DNA of 64,000 nt. Origin: an uncultured Acidobacteriaceae bacterium. GTDB taxonomy: Bacteria; Acidobacteriota; Terriglobia; Terriglobales; Acidobacteriaceae. The stretch's first letter is position 1; the number at the start of each line of letters is the position of its first letter. The stretch is taken from positions 442,305 through 506,304 of the forward strand of contig CAWIQU010000008.1 of the NCBI GenBank assembly GCA_963838345.1, in the 5' to 3' direction. The notes under the pieces are model-generated. The model was given only the letters and a program-made list of their open reading frames with translations, did not search any database and had not been told where the DNA came from. The position numbers were made by a program, and so were the translations under genes. Of this stretch, positions 28,801 through 37,429 are shown in pieces.

Positions 28801-31800
28801 CTACTGGTTACCGACGGACAGGATGACCGAGGTGGATTGAGCGGGCGCCGTGAAGCTGACGCTGGTGGCAGTTATGTTGATGGTGTAGGTCTGGAACGCG
28901 GTGCTTGGGCAACCGCACCCTGTCAGGCCCAGAATACCAAGGGAGAAGAGGATGACGGCCAGCAACCGCATCTTCTGAGTACTTAGTTTCTTACGACGGC
29001 GAAGGCCAGCGAAGAAGACTCCAAGACCGGTCAGTTCGACGGGGAAGACGGCGGCAGCAGTGATCGGCGCAAAGTCCGCAGGGCCGAAGTCGCGAAGTCC
29101 TGGTTGGCGAAGCTCGGCATCGGCAGCGGTAGTGTTGACCGTCATCGCGATGGTAGCGGTTCCACCTGCGGTAAGGGTTGGGTTGTTGGCGAAGGAGCAA
29201 CTGGCGTCAGATGGAAGTCCGGAGCAGGCCAGATTGATCTGGCCGGCGAAGGCCCCCATCGAAGTAAGTGTGACTTGATAGACCGTTGCACCGGCGCCCT
29301 TGATGTACTGCGTGGCGGGCGAGGCGGAGATGGTGAAGGTGCCGGTCGGGGCGGTCATGACCTGAGTGAGGGTGGCGGAACTGGCGGTGAAGTTGAGGTT
29401 GGCCTGGAAAGCCGCGGTGATGCTGTGACTGCCCTGTGCCAGGCTCGTTGTGGAGAAGGTGGCGACGCCACTGCTGTTCAGGGTTCCATTCCCGAGCAGG
29501 GTAGTCCCGTCAGAGAAGGTGACGGTGCCAGCTACGACGCTTGCGGCGCTGGTGACTGTGGCGGTGAAGGTTACGTTGGCCCCAACCGTTGCAGGCGAGC
29601 CTGAGGTCGTGATGGTCGTGACGGTGGACGCAGGAGTGACGGCCAGCGTGCCAGGGTGGATGGTCGCAATGTAGTTGGCCGCAGAGGTTCCTGAGACGTT
29701 GGCTCCGATGGGATAGTTGCCCGCCGGTGAGGTCTGCGTGGCGGTGGTGGTATAAGTGACGATCACGTTGTCCCCAGGAAGGACGCCGGTGACAGTGCCG
29801 GTGAAGTTGGGGTTCGGTTGGCCGTAGAGGCGGGTTTTGCTGTCAACGTTGATGACGAGAGAAGAAAGATTTTGCGTGATGGTCAGCGTGCCGTTGACGA
29901 GAACGACGGTGTAGTTCGAAGAGACACCCGAGACAGCGGGGGTGATGGGGTAGGTGCCGACTGGGGAGTTGGCGACGGCGGTCGTACTGAAGGTGGTGGT
30001 GACGGTGTCACCGTTGGCCAGGCCTGTGGTGGTGCCGCTGAAGGGCGGGTTGGCCGCACCATAACTGCGGGTGGCGTTGTTCGCAGTGACCGTAAGTATT
30101 GCCGGGGTGACGGTGAGGACACCGTTGGTGGTTGTGATGGTGTAGTTGCCGGTGGCAGGGCCGGAGACGGTGGGGATGATGGGATAGGTGCCGACCGGCG
30201 ACGTCACAGTAGCAGTCGTGGAGTAAGTGATGGTGAAGGTGTCACCGTTTAGTGCGCCGGTGATGGTGCTGGTGAATGTCGGGTTCGGTGCGCCATAGGC
30301 GCGGCTCGCGTTATTTGCGGCGACGTTCAGAACCATTGTTGCCGTGGTGATGGTAAGGGTCCCAGGCGTCACGTGGATGGTGTAGTTCGCCGCGGCAGGG
30401 CCGCCGACTACGTCGTTGATCGGATAGGTTCCGACGGGCGAGGTGATCGTGGCGGGGGTGGAATAGGTATTGGTGAAGGTATCGCCATTGAGTGCGCCGG
30501 TTACAGTGCTGGTAAAGGGCGGATTAGGTACGCCGTAGGGCCTGGTCGCGTTGCCGACTGTGACTGTGAGGGGTGCTTGCGTGACGGTGAGAGTCCCAGG
30601 GACCACTGTGATGAGGTAGTTTCCTGACGACGGTCCCGAGACGGTCGCGTTGATGGGATAGGTTCCGACCGGTGAGGTGACGGTCGCAGGAGTGGAGTAG
30701 GTGATAGTGAAGGTGTCGCCGTTGAGCGCGCCGGAGGTAGTGCTACTGAAGGTCGGATTTGGCTGACCATACTGGCGGCTGGCGTTGAGGACGGTGACAG
30801 TAAGTGCAGCCTGAGTGATAGTGAGGGTGCCCGGGTTGTTGGTGATGACGTAGTTGGCCAGGCTGGTGCTGCCGACCGGGGTAAGGGTCGCGATAATGGG
30901 GTAGTTGCCGGCTGGACTGAGGATCGTCGCAACAGTGGAATAGGAGACAAGAATTGTGTCGCCTGGAACTACGCCGGTGATAGTGCCGGTGAAGGTTGGG
31001 TTGGGTGTCCCGTATGCCCGGGAGGCATTATTGACAGTGACGGTGAGCGGCGCTGGAGTGACTGTCAACGTGACGGTGCTGTTTGCCGGTGCGTAGTTGC
31101 TGTCTCCGGTGTAGCTGAAGGTGACCGTGTAGGTGCCGACGGGAAGGCCGCTGTTTGGTGCGTTACACGTTGTAGTGGGCCCGAGTGTCGTGGTGAGAGT
31201 GCAGAGGATCTGCTTACCGAGGCTGAAGGTGATGGTGCCAGTGGGAGCCGGGTTGCCGTTAGAGACGAGGACCGTCTCGGGGAACGGCTGACCATAGATC
31301 TCGGTTTGGGGCGGAAGCGTGAACTGGAGCGGTGCGATGAGTCTTCCGGTGCCGGTCAATTGGATGGGCTGTGGGCTGTTGTAGGAGTTGGAAACGAGAG
31401 TGGCAGTTGCGGTCAAAGGACCGTTGGCAGTGGGGGTAAAGATAAAGCCAACGTTGCAGGTTGAGCCAGCGATGATGGTAGTGCCGCAGGTGGTGGAGCT
31501 GAAGTCGATGGTGAAGTGCGGGTCAGAGGTGGTGTAGGGACCCGTGAGATTGAGGTTGTCGGTACCGAAGTTGCTGATGCCCTGCTGCATGACCGGAGAG
31601 CTTTGGCCGACCGTAACGGTGCCAAAGGCAATGGTGGGACTTGGGTAGGTGATTTCGCGGACGGAGCTGTTGCCGTTGTCGACGACGAAGAGGTTGCTGC
31701 TGCCGTCGACTGCGACGCTAAGAGGGTTATTGACCTGGGCGAGATTGGCAAAGCCGCCGTCTCCCGCATTGCCCGGAGTGCCAGTGCCAAAGACAGTAGC

Positions 31801-33963
31801 AATGTTGCTGCCGTTGCTGGTTGTGGAGGCGTAGACGGTATAGACGCGATTTGCCGCGGCGTCCGTGATGTAGAGGTCGCCTGCTGCATCGACAGAGAGT
31901 GAGGATGGTGCAATCAGCGCAGTGCCTGTGGCCTGGCCGGGAACGGTAGTGGTTGTAGTGCCGTTGCCGGCGACCTGGTGGAGGGTGCCGGACTTGTCGA
32001 CAGCATAGACGAAATGGCCGCCGGCGTCGGCGATGTAGATGATCCCGTTGAGGTCGACGGCGAGGCCGCTGGGTGAGACGAAGCTGGAAGAAATGGTGCG
32101 GCGGGATCCGCCAGCGTAGGCTTCGATCACATTGTGGGTCCCGCCGGCCTGGGCGATGAGGAGATTGTCAAAGCCGTCGACGTAGATCTCAGTTGGGGTG
32201 TCGAGTCCAGTGATGTAGCTGGTGTTGATTGTGCCATCAGCGCCGAAGCGGGCGATGGTGCCGTGGGTGGAGTCCGCGATGAAGAAATTGCCGGCCGAGT
32301 CGATTGCGAGGGCGGAGGGAGTGAGCAGACCAGCTCCCTGGGGAATCACGATCTGCGGTGGGCCACCACCAACGGGAAGAAGCAGAAGATCGGCAGTGCC
32401 AGAAGTGGTTCCAGCTTCGAGGACATAGGCGTTGCCTGCGGAGTCAACCGCGACGGCGGTAGGAGCGGCCAGTGAGCTGGCGATCGTGTTGACAATGCCG
32501 GGCGTAAAGACACTGAGCGCGCCAGTAGCGACGGCCTCAAGTCCTTGCAAGGTGGTCGTGCCGGAGATAGAGTCGGTTAGTTTGACTGGGGCGCTTCGTA
32601 GTCCGGGGCGTGTGGGCGTGAAGCGGACGAAGACCTGGCAGGTGTTAGGCACTGCGCCCATCGCTGCGGGGCTGAGTGCTCCGATGCAGGAGTTGCTGGT
32701 AATGCTGAAGTCGGGTCCGGAGGCGGCCGACAGATTGACGCTCTGATTGATGACGAAGGTGAGGGGCATCGTCGCGCTGGCACTACCAACTGGGGTCGAG
32801 GGAAAGATGACATTGCTGCTTAGTTTGCGTGCGATGCTGTTGCCGGAGTCGGCAAGTGAGAAGTTGCCGAAGCTGTCGACGGTGATGCCGCGGGGCGCGT
32901 TGAGCGGAGTGCTAAGAGCTGAGGTGCCATCCTGGGTGGGGCTATATGGACCGGACGCACCGTTGGGCAGGCCCGCGGCGATGGTCAGAGCCGAAGATCC
33001 AAGAACGTAGCTCACCACGTTGTCCGGAGTGGTTTCGGTGATGAAGAGCGATTGCGCGGGCGAAAAGGTTAGGCCGTAGGGCTTGTTCAGCGTAGTTGCA
33101 GAATTGCCGGAGTTATCGTTGGAGCATTGACCGACAGCGGTCTTGTAAGAGGCAAGATTCGGCATCTGGCGAACACAGTTGTTGCCGGTGTCGGCAATAA
33201 AGAGATCGCCCATGCCGTTGATCGCCAGGCCGGAGGGTGCGTTGAGCACGACGCTGCCTGTGATACCCGCGCATGCATTGGGTACAAGGGTGGAAGGGGC
33301 TCCCGCCATGACGCAAGGTGTAGCTTTTGGCACCTGGCGAAGGACCTGATAGGTACTGACCGCAGGGAGAACCTCGGTGTCCTGGACAGAGATGTATAGA
33401 TTGTTGCTGGCGTCGAGGATGAGGCCGTTGGGGTTTGGTGTTGTCGATGCCGTGGAGCCGCAGGTGCCGGCGACTGTAGAGAGGGTGGTGACGCCGGCAG
33501 ACCCGTTCGCGAGCATGCGGACGCAATTGTGTTTGCTGTCAGCGATGTAAAGGTTATTGGAGCTGTCGACGGCGAGACCGGTTGGTTGATACAGACCCTG
33601 GGAGGGGGTCGGGGTAGGGTTCGAGGCAGTAGAGCAAGTGTCCCCCTGGCCCGACACGGCAAATCCCACCAGAGTGCTCATCGAACCCGAGGTATCAATC
33701 TTGCGGACGCAGTTATTCAGCGTGTCCGAGATGTATTGATTGCCGTGCGAGTCGAAGACAATATAGGAGGGGGTGTTGAGGCTGACCGTCGTTGCGGATC
33801 CAAAGTCTCCGTTGAACCCAGGCGTGATGGTGCCCGCGTAGCGTGTTCCGCTCTGTACGGGGGTCAAGGCCTGGGAGTATGCGAAAGTTGGAGCGAGGGT
33901 GGATGCAACAAAAGAGACGAGATTGAAGAGGACTCGGACTCCAGAGAGACGGTTAATGCGCAT
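28801..33963 (-). CDS. Large surface/adhesin-like protein: two NHL propeller blocks, choice-of-anchor-D/ASH-like Ig domains, six MBG domains, Big_3 domain, C-terminal TM-basic-lipobox tail
   Basis: Repeated P.GLAVD..GNLYIAD (NHL); six LT.T.A.LTV...NA.R.YG..NP.F units (MBG); GTVTFSDG..LLG...L Big_3; AGGAG SD before ATG 33963. Confidence 0.85.
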   Translation of the reverse strand: MRINRLSGVRVLFNLVSFVASTLAPTFAYSQALTPVQSGTRYAGTITPGFNGDFGSATTVSLNTPSYIVFDSHGNQYISDTLNNCVRKIDTSGSMSTLVGFAVSGQGDTCSTASNPTPTPSQGLYQPTGLAVDSSNNLYIADSKHNCVRMLANGSAGVTTLSTVAGTCGSTASTTPNPNGLILDASNNLYISVQDTEVLPAVSTYQVLRQVPKATPCVMAGAPSTLVPNACAGITGSVVLNAPSGLAINGMGDLFIADTGNNCVRQMPNLASYKTAVGQCSNDNSGNSATTLNKPYGLTFSPAQSLFITETTPDNVVSYVLGSSALTIAAGLPNGASGPYSPTQDGTSALSTPLNAPRGITVDSFGNFSLADSGNSIARKLSSNVIFPSTPVGSASATMPLTFVINQSVNLSAASGPDFSITSNSCIGALSPAAMGAVPNTCQVFVRFTPTRPGLRSAPVKLTDSISGTTTLQGLEAVATGALSVFTPGIVNTIASSLAAPTAVAVDSAGNAYVLEAGTTSGTADLLLLPVGGGPPQIVIPQGAGLLTPSALAIDSAGNFFIADSTHGTIARFGADGTINTSYITGLDTPTEIYVDGFDNLLIAQAGGTHNVIEAYAGGSRRTISSSFVSPSGLAVDLNGIIYIADAGGHFVYAVDKSGTLHQVAGNGTTTTTVPGQATGTALIAPSSLSVDAAGDLYITDAAANRVYTVYASTTSNGSNIATVFGTGTPGNAGDGGFANLAQVNNPLSVAVDGSSNLFVVDNGNSSVREITYPSPTIAFGTVTVGQSSPVMQQGISNFGTDNLNLTGPYTTSDPHFTIDFSSTTCGTTIIAGSTCNVGFIFTPTANGPLTATATLVSNSYNSPQPIQLTGTGRLIAPLQFTLPPQTEIYGQPFPETVLVSNGNPAPTGTITFSLGKQILCTLTTTLGPTTTCNAPNSGLPVGTYTVTFSYTGDSNYAPANSTVTLTVTPAPLTVTVNNASRAYGTPNPTFTGTITGVVPGDTILVSYSTVATILSPAGNYPIIATLTPVGSTSLANYVITNNPGTLTITQAALTVTVLNASRQYGQPNPTFSSTTSGALNGDTFTITYSTPATVTSPVGTYPINATVSGPSSGNYLITVVPGTLTVTQAPLTVTVGNATRPYGVPNPPFTSTVTGALNGDTFTNTYSTPATITSPVGTYPINDVVGGPAAANYTIHVTPGTLTITTATMVLNVAANNASRAYGAPNPTFTSTITGALNGDTFTITYSTTATVTSPVGTYPIIPTVSGPATGNYTITTTNGVLTVTPAILTVTANNATRSYGAANPPFSGTTTGLANGDTVTTTFSTTAVANSPVGTYPITPAVSGVSSNYTVVLVNGTLTITQNLSSLVINVDSKTRLYGQPNPNFTGTVTGVLPGDNVIVTYTTTATQTSPAGNYPIGANVSGTSAANYIATIHPGTLAVTPASTVTTITTSGSPATVGANVTFTATVTSAASVVAGTVTFSDGTTLLGNGTLNSSGVATFSTTSLAQGSHSITAAFQANLNFTASSATLTQVMTAPTGTFTISASPATQYIKGAGATVYQVTLTSMGAFAGQINLACSGLPSDASCSFANNPTLTAGGTATIAMTVNTTAADAELRQPGLRDFGPADFAPITAAAVFPVELTGLGVFFAGLRRRKKLSTQKMRLLAVILFSLGILGLTGCGCPSTAFQTYTINITATSVSFTAPAQSTSVILSVGNQ

Positions 33964-34080
33964 GGTGAAACTCCTAGGTATGTGTCCCGCAAAGTGGTTC
34001 AGGTCGAACGTGCTGACTGAGTTGGTGGAACAGGGAGATTTCTTTGGACGTCGTCCGCAGACTTGGGTGACTCCCCTTGT

Positions 34081-34095
34081 GCACAGGGAGTGCCA
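34081..34095 (-). promoter_or_regulatory. Candidate sigma-54 (-24/-12) promoter for the adhesin gene
   Basis: Minus strand TGGCACTCCCTGTGC has GG-N10-GC spacing, ~120 bp upstream of ATG 33963; -12 is GTGC instead of TTGC. Confidence 0.35.
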
Positions 34096-34309
34096 AAGTG
34101 GTGCAAACGGCACATATTTTGCGGATTATCTGCAAAGTGACAGCAATAAAAGGGGAAACGTACCGCAATAGAACCCTAAAATGATGAAATTACAGGGCCT
34201 TGATGCGTTATTGGTTACTGTCTTTCCAGTAAGTCATGCACTTGATTGCAAAAAAAGAGAAAACTTTTTCCTTTTTAGTCGTCTGACAGTGGTGTAGAAG
34301 GCAAAACGT

Positions 34310-34325
34310 GGGAAAAGCTTTTCCC
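34310..34325. promoter_or_regulatory. Perfect 16-bp palindrome GGGAAAAGCTTTTCCC, candidate operator
   Basis: Self-complementary; lies in the divergent adhesin/xdhC intergenic region. Confidence 0.45.
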
Positions 34326-34411
34326 TCACATGTGAGGGCGTGTTCGCCGAAGCATTCACTCTTGAACCGGTGAAATGGACTAAGCTTTATGAAAAGGACG
34401 AGGTTCTCGCC

Positions 34412-35536
34412 ATGATGGAACGTCGGCAGATCGTTCGGCTATGGCAGCAGGGCGGGACTGCTGTGCTGGTAACGCTAGTGCGGGCCGAGGGGTCGAGCTA
34501 CAGGCGGCCGGGAGCCCGACTGCTGCTCGGTGCGCGGGGAGAGTATGCAGGAACGATCAGTGGAGGCTGCCTGGAGACGGAGGTCCTGCGCAAGGCGACC
34601 TGGCTAGTGCGCGAGGGCGCCGTGGTGGAGCGCTACTCGACGATGTTCGATGATACGGCGGACGTGCCGTTTGGACTGGGGTGCGGCGGTGTCGTTGATC
34701 TATTGCTTGAGCCAGGGGACACTGCCGAGTGTCGGGCGCTGATGGCGGCTATGGAGGGGACGTTTGCTGGAGAAGAGGCGACCGTGCTGACGTGGTTGCC
34801 GCATAAGGGCCGGCCGTTGGCACGCGCGGTGCTTGCAGCTAGTGGCGACTTCATCTTCGCGAGTGAGGGGTTGACCGAATCTGAACTGGTGGAGGCACGG
34901 CTTGGAGTCTTGCGACAGGGTTGGGTCGACAGGATGCCTGAGGAGATGTTTGTAGAACGGATTGCCCCGCCGCAACGGCTGTTTATTCTGGGTGCTGGAG
35001 ACGATGCGAAGCCGCTGGTTAGCATGGGCGCACTGTTGGGATGGAGCGTGACCGTTATGGATGGGCGTGCACAGCTGGCTCGCCCGGAGAGGTTTCCGGA
35101 GGCCGAGCGGGTTGCCGTGGTTTCCTCCAACTCCTCTGATCTGCTTGGGATTCGGCCGGAGGATGCTGTAGTGCTGATGACCCATAGTTACGAGCAGGAC
35201 AGGGAACTGCTGGCAGCGTTGTTACCCTTGCGGCCACGGTATCTGGGGCTGCTGGGAGCGCGGCACCGGAGTTCGTTGCTGGTGAGCGAGGTCGCGGTGA
35301 AGTTGGGACGAACTGTCGCTGCGTGCTGCGAGCAGATCTACGCTCCGGTGGGGCTAGACCTCGGTGGAGATGGGCCGGAGGCGATTGCGCTGGCAGTGAT
35401 TGCGGAGGTGCAGGCCTGCTGCACAGGGAAGCTGGGGACTTCGCTGAGGTTGTCGGCGGAGGATGTTGAGCGACATGTGAGAGAAGGCGGACGATCGCGG
35501 TATCTTCAGGTGCAGTGTGCTCTGGACGTTGCCTGA
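34412..35536 (+). CDS. xdhC: XdhC/CoxI family molybdoenzyme accessory protein
   Basis: GSSYRRPGARLL, GTISGGCLE, GLGCGG, LGAGDDA, VLMTHSYEQD, YLGLLG and APVGLDLGGDGPEAIALA motifs. Confidence 0.9.
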   Translation: MMERRQIVRLWQQGGTAVLVTLVRAEGSSYRRPGARLLLGARGEYAGTISGGCLETEVLRKATWLVREGAVVERYSTMFDDTADVPFGLGCGGVVDLLLEPGDTAECRALMAAMEGTFAGEEATVLTWLPHKGRPLARAVLAASGDFIFASEGLTESELVEARLGVLRQGWVDRMPEEMFVERIAPPQRLFILGAGDDAKPLVSMGALLGWSVTVMDGRAQLARPERFPEAERVAVVSSNSSDLLGIRPEDAVVLMTHSYEQDRELLAALLPLRPRYLGLLGARHRSSLLVSEVAVKLGRTVAACCEQIYAPVGLDLGGDGPEAIALAVIAEVQACCTGKLGTSLRLSAEDVERHVREGGRSRYLQVQCALDVA

Positions 35537-36105
35537 TGCGAGTGGCGGCGATCGTCTTGGCGGCGGGTGCGTCGAAGCGGTTGGGTGAACCGAAGCAGTT
35601 AGTTCGATTAGGGTCGGAGACTTTGCTGGAGCGAGCAGTGCGAGTGGCCCGCGAGGCTGGATGTTCGCCCGTGGTAGTTGTGCTGGGGGCCTCGGCTGCG
35701 TCGATTCAGGTAGCGTCTGAGTTGGGGAATGTCATCATTGTAGTGAATGACGATTGGGCTGAAGGAATGGGAAGTTCAGTGCGGTCTGGCCTGGGAACCT
35801 TGCGATATGTGGATGCGTGTTTGGTTATGACCTGCGATATGCCGGCGGTGACAGCCTCGCATCTTCGGTTGTTGATGGCTGCTGGAGAGTTGACGGCTTC
35901 TTCCTACGCTGGACGGCGCGGAGTTCCGGCTTATTTTCCGGTTGGCACGTTTCCATCGTTGATGGAATTGCACGGGGACGTCGGCGCGAGAGATCTGTTG
36001 CAGTCAGCGCGCTGCGTTGAGTTGAGCGGCGGGGAGTTGGATATAGATACGATGGAGGATCTCGAACGGGCGCGCCAGTTATTTGGCAGGTTGGGCAATA
36101 GCTAA
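35536..36105 (+). CDS. mocA: Molybdenum cofactor cytidylyltransferase (MocA-like nucleotidyltransferase)
   Basis: IVLAAGASKRLGEPKQL, W.EGMGSS, TCDMP and DIDT motifs; TGATG coupling to xdhC. Confidence 0.85.
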   Translation: MRVAAIVLAAGASKRLGEPKQLVRLGSETLLERAVRVAREAGCSPVVVVLGASAASIQVASELGNVIIVVNDDWAEGMGSSVRSGLGTLRYVDACLVMTCDMPAVTASHLRLLMAAGELTASSYAGRRGVPAYFPVGTFPSLMELHGDVGARDLLQSARCVELSGGELDIDTMEDLERARQLFGRLGNS

Positions 36106-36959
36106 AGGGTGTGGAGGAAATCTTCGACGAGATTAGCGGCCACGGTTGCGCGGTATTTGGCGGTGCTGCGGATGTCGTCAATCGGGCGGGCTTCGGTAAG
36201 GATGGCAGCGCGGGCGGCGGCGATGGTTTCCGACGTAACTGTTTTGCCGATGAGGGACCGTTCGGTGGCGGTAAGTCGGGTAGGATATTCGCGCAGGCTG
36301 GCGGCGCCAATGCGAATATCTTCGATATGGCCGTTGTTTGTGCGGGCGAGGGCCGCTATCGCGACCTTGGAGATGGCCTGAGCGTTACGCGGGCCAACTT
36401 TCTTGATGTAGCTTTTGTAACCCTTTAAGTTACGTGAGATTGTGATGCTATGGAGGAGTTCGTCTGGTTCAAGTGCGGTTTCTTTGTAGGCGAGGTGGAA
36501 GTCGCGGTAGGGGAGCGTGCGCGGTCCTCGGGTAGAAATGAGAGTGAGTTGGGCGTCGTAGGCGAGGAGAGCCGGAGGCGAGTCAGCGGCGGGCGAAGCG
36601 TTGACGATGTTGCCACCGAGTGTGCCGCGGTTCTGATTGGCAATACTCCCGGTCCAGCTTGCAGCCTGGTTCAGGATGGAGAATTCGTCTGCGATAACGG
36701 GGTGTTTGCGGATGTCGGTGAAGGTCGTGCCGGCTCCGATGATGATAGCGTCGGGCGTGACCTCAATGAAGCGGAGCTCTTCCAGGTTCCAGAGGGAGAT
36801 GAGTTTCTTCGATTGCAGGCGACCGGCGCCAAGGCCGACCATGAGTTCAGTCCCCCCAGCAATGGGAGTGTAGCGATCGGGCGAATCGGCAAGGATCTGC
36901 AGGACCGCTTCTAGAGAGGTTGGTGCGATCAGTTCATAGTTGGTGACGTTGGAGCGCAT
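36102..36959 (-). CDS. Xanthine dehydrogenase family FAD-binding subunit
   Basis: IAGGTELM, IRNRGT-like IANQNRGTLGGNI, ASPAADS and PIDDIRSTAKYR motifs; true start ATG 36959. Confidence 0.9.
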   Translation of the reverse strand: MRSNVTNYELIAPTSLEAVLQILADSPDRYTPIAGGTELMVGLGAGRLQSKKLISLWNLEELRFIEVTPDAIIIGAGTTFTDIRKHPVIADEFSILNQAASWTGSIANQNRGTLGGNIVNASPAADSPPALLAYDAQLTLISTRGPRTLPYRDFHLAYKETALEPDELLHSITISRNLKGYKSYIKKVGPRNAQAISKVAIAALARTNNGHIEDIRIGAASLREYPTRLTATERSLIGKTVTSETIAAARAAILTEARPIDDIRSTAKYRATVAANLVEDFLHTL

Positions 36960-37429
36960 TATTTTATGGCTCCGGCGAGAGCGGATTGATGAACCGCGTT
37001 GAAGATGCGCATGTAGCCAGTGCAACGGCACAGGTTGCCGTTGAGGCCTTCCTGGATTTGTAACAGCGTTGGTTGCGGATACTTTTCGAGCAGGTGGTGC
37101 GTGGCGAGGATCATGCCGGGAGTGCAGATACCGCACTGGGCTCCGCCTTCTTCGAGGAAGCATTGCTGAATCGGGTGAAGTTTTTCGTCGATGGCGAGGC
37201 CCTCGATGGTGGTGATGCTGGCACCTTCTGTCTGCAGGATGGGAACCAGGCAGGAGTTAACCAGGTCGCCGTCGATCAGGACGGCGCAGGCTCCGCACTC
37301 GCCTTCGCCGCAGCCCTCCTTGGCTCCAGTTAGGTGCAGATCTTCGCGGAGGACGTCGAGGAGGCGCTTCATCGGCGGCGCTTCGATGGTTTTTTCCTGG
37401 CCGTTGATGGTGAACCGGATGTTAGTCAT
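36959..37429 (-). CDS. Xanthine dehydrogenase family (2Fe-2S)-binding subunit
   Basis: GAKEGCGEGECGAC...NSC, QCGICTPG and GNLCRCTGY motifs. Confidence 0.93.
   Translation of the reverse strand: MTNIRFTINGQEKTIEAPPMKRLLDVLREDLHLTGAKEGCGEGECGACAVLIDGDLVNSCLVPILQTEGASITTIEGLAIDEKLHPIQQCFLEEGGAQCGICTPGMILATHHLLEKYPQPTLLQIQEGLNGNLCRCTGYMRIFNAVHQSALAGAIK

Noticed and set aside
28801-34113. Track start at 34113 for the adhesin (and similar long starts at 899, 9615, 9646, 19954, 20543, 34340, 37163, 61904)
   Set aside because: Downstream ATG/GTG codons have better SD sequences, signal-peptide placement or coupling to the adjacent gene; the extensions are low-information.
33964-34200. Riboswitch (e.g. 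c-di-GMP) in the adhesin leader
   Set aside because: No GEMM or other recognisable aptamer consensus could be matched by eye; only a small bulged hairpin is present. An Rfam/Infernal scan would settle it.
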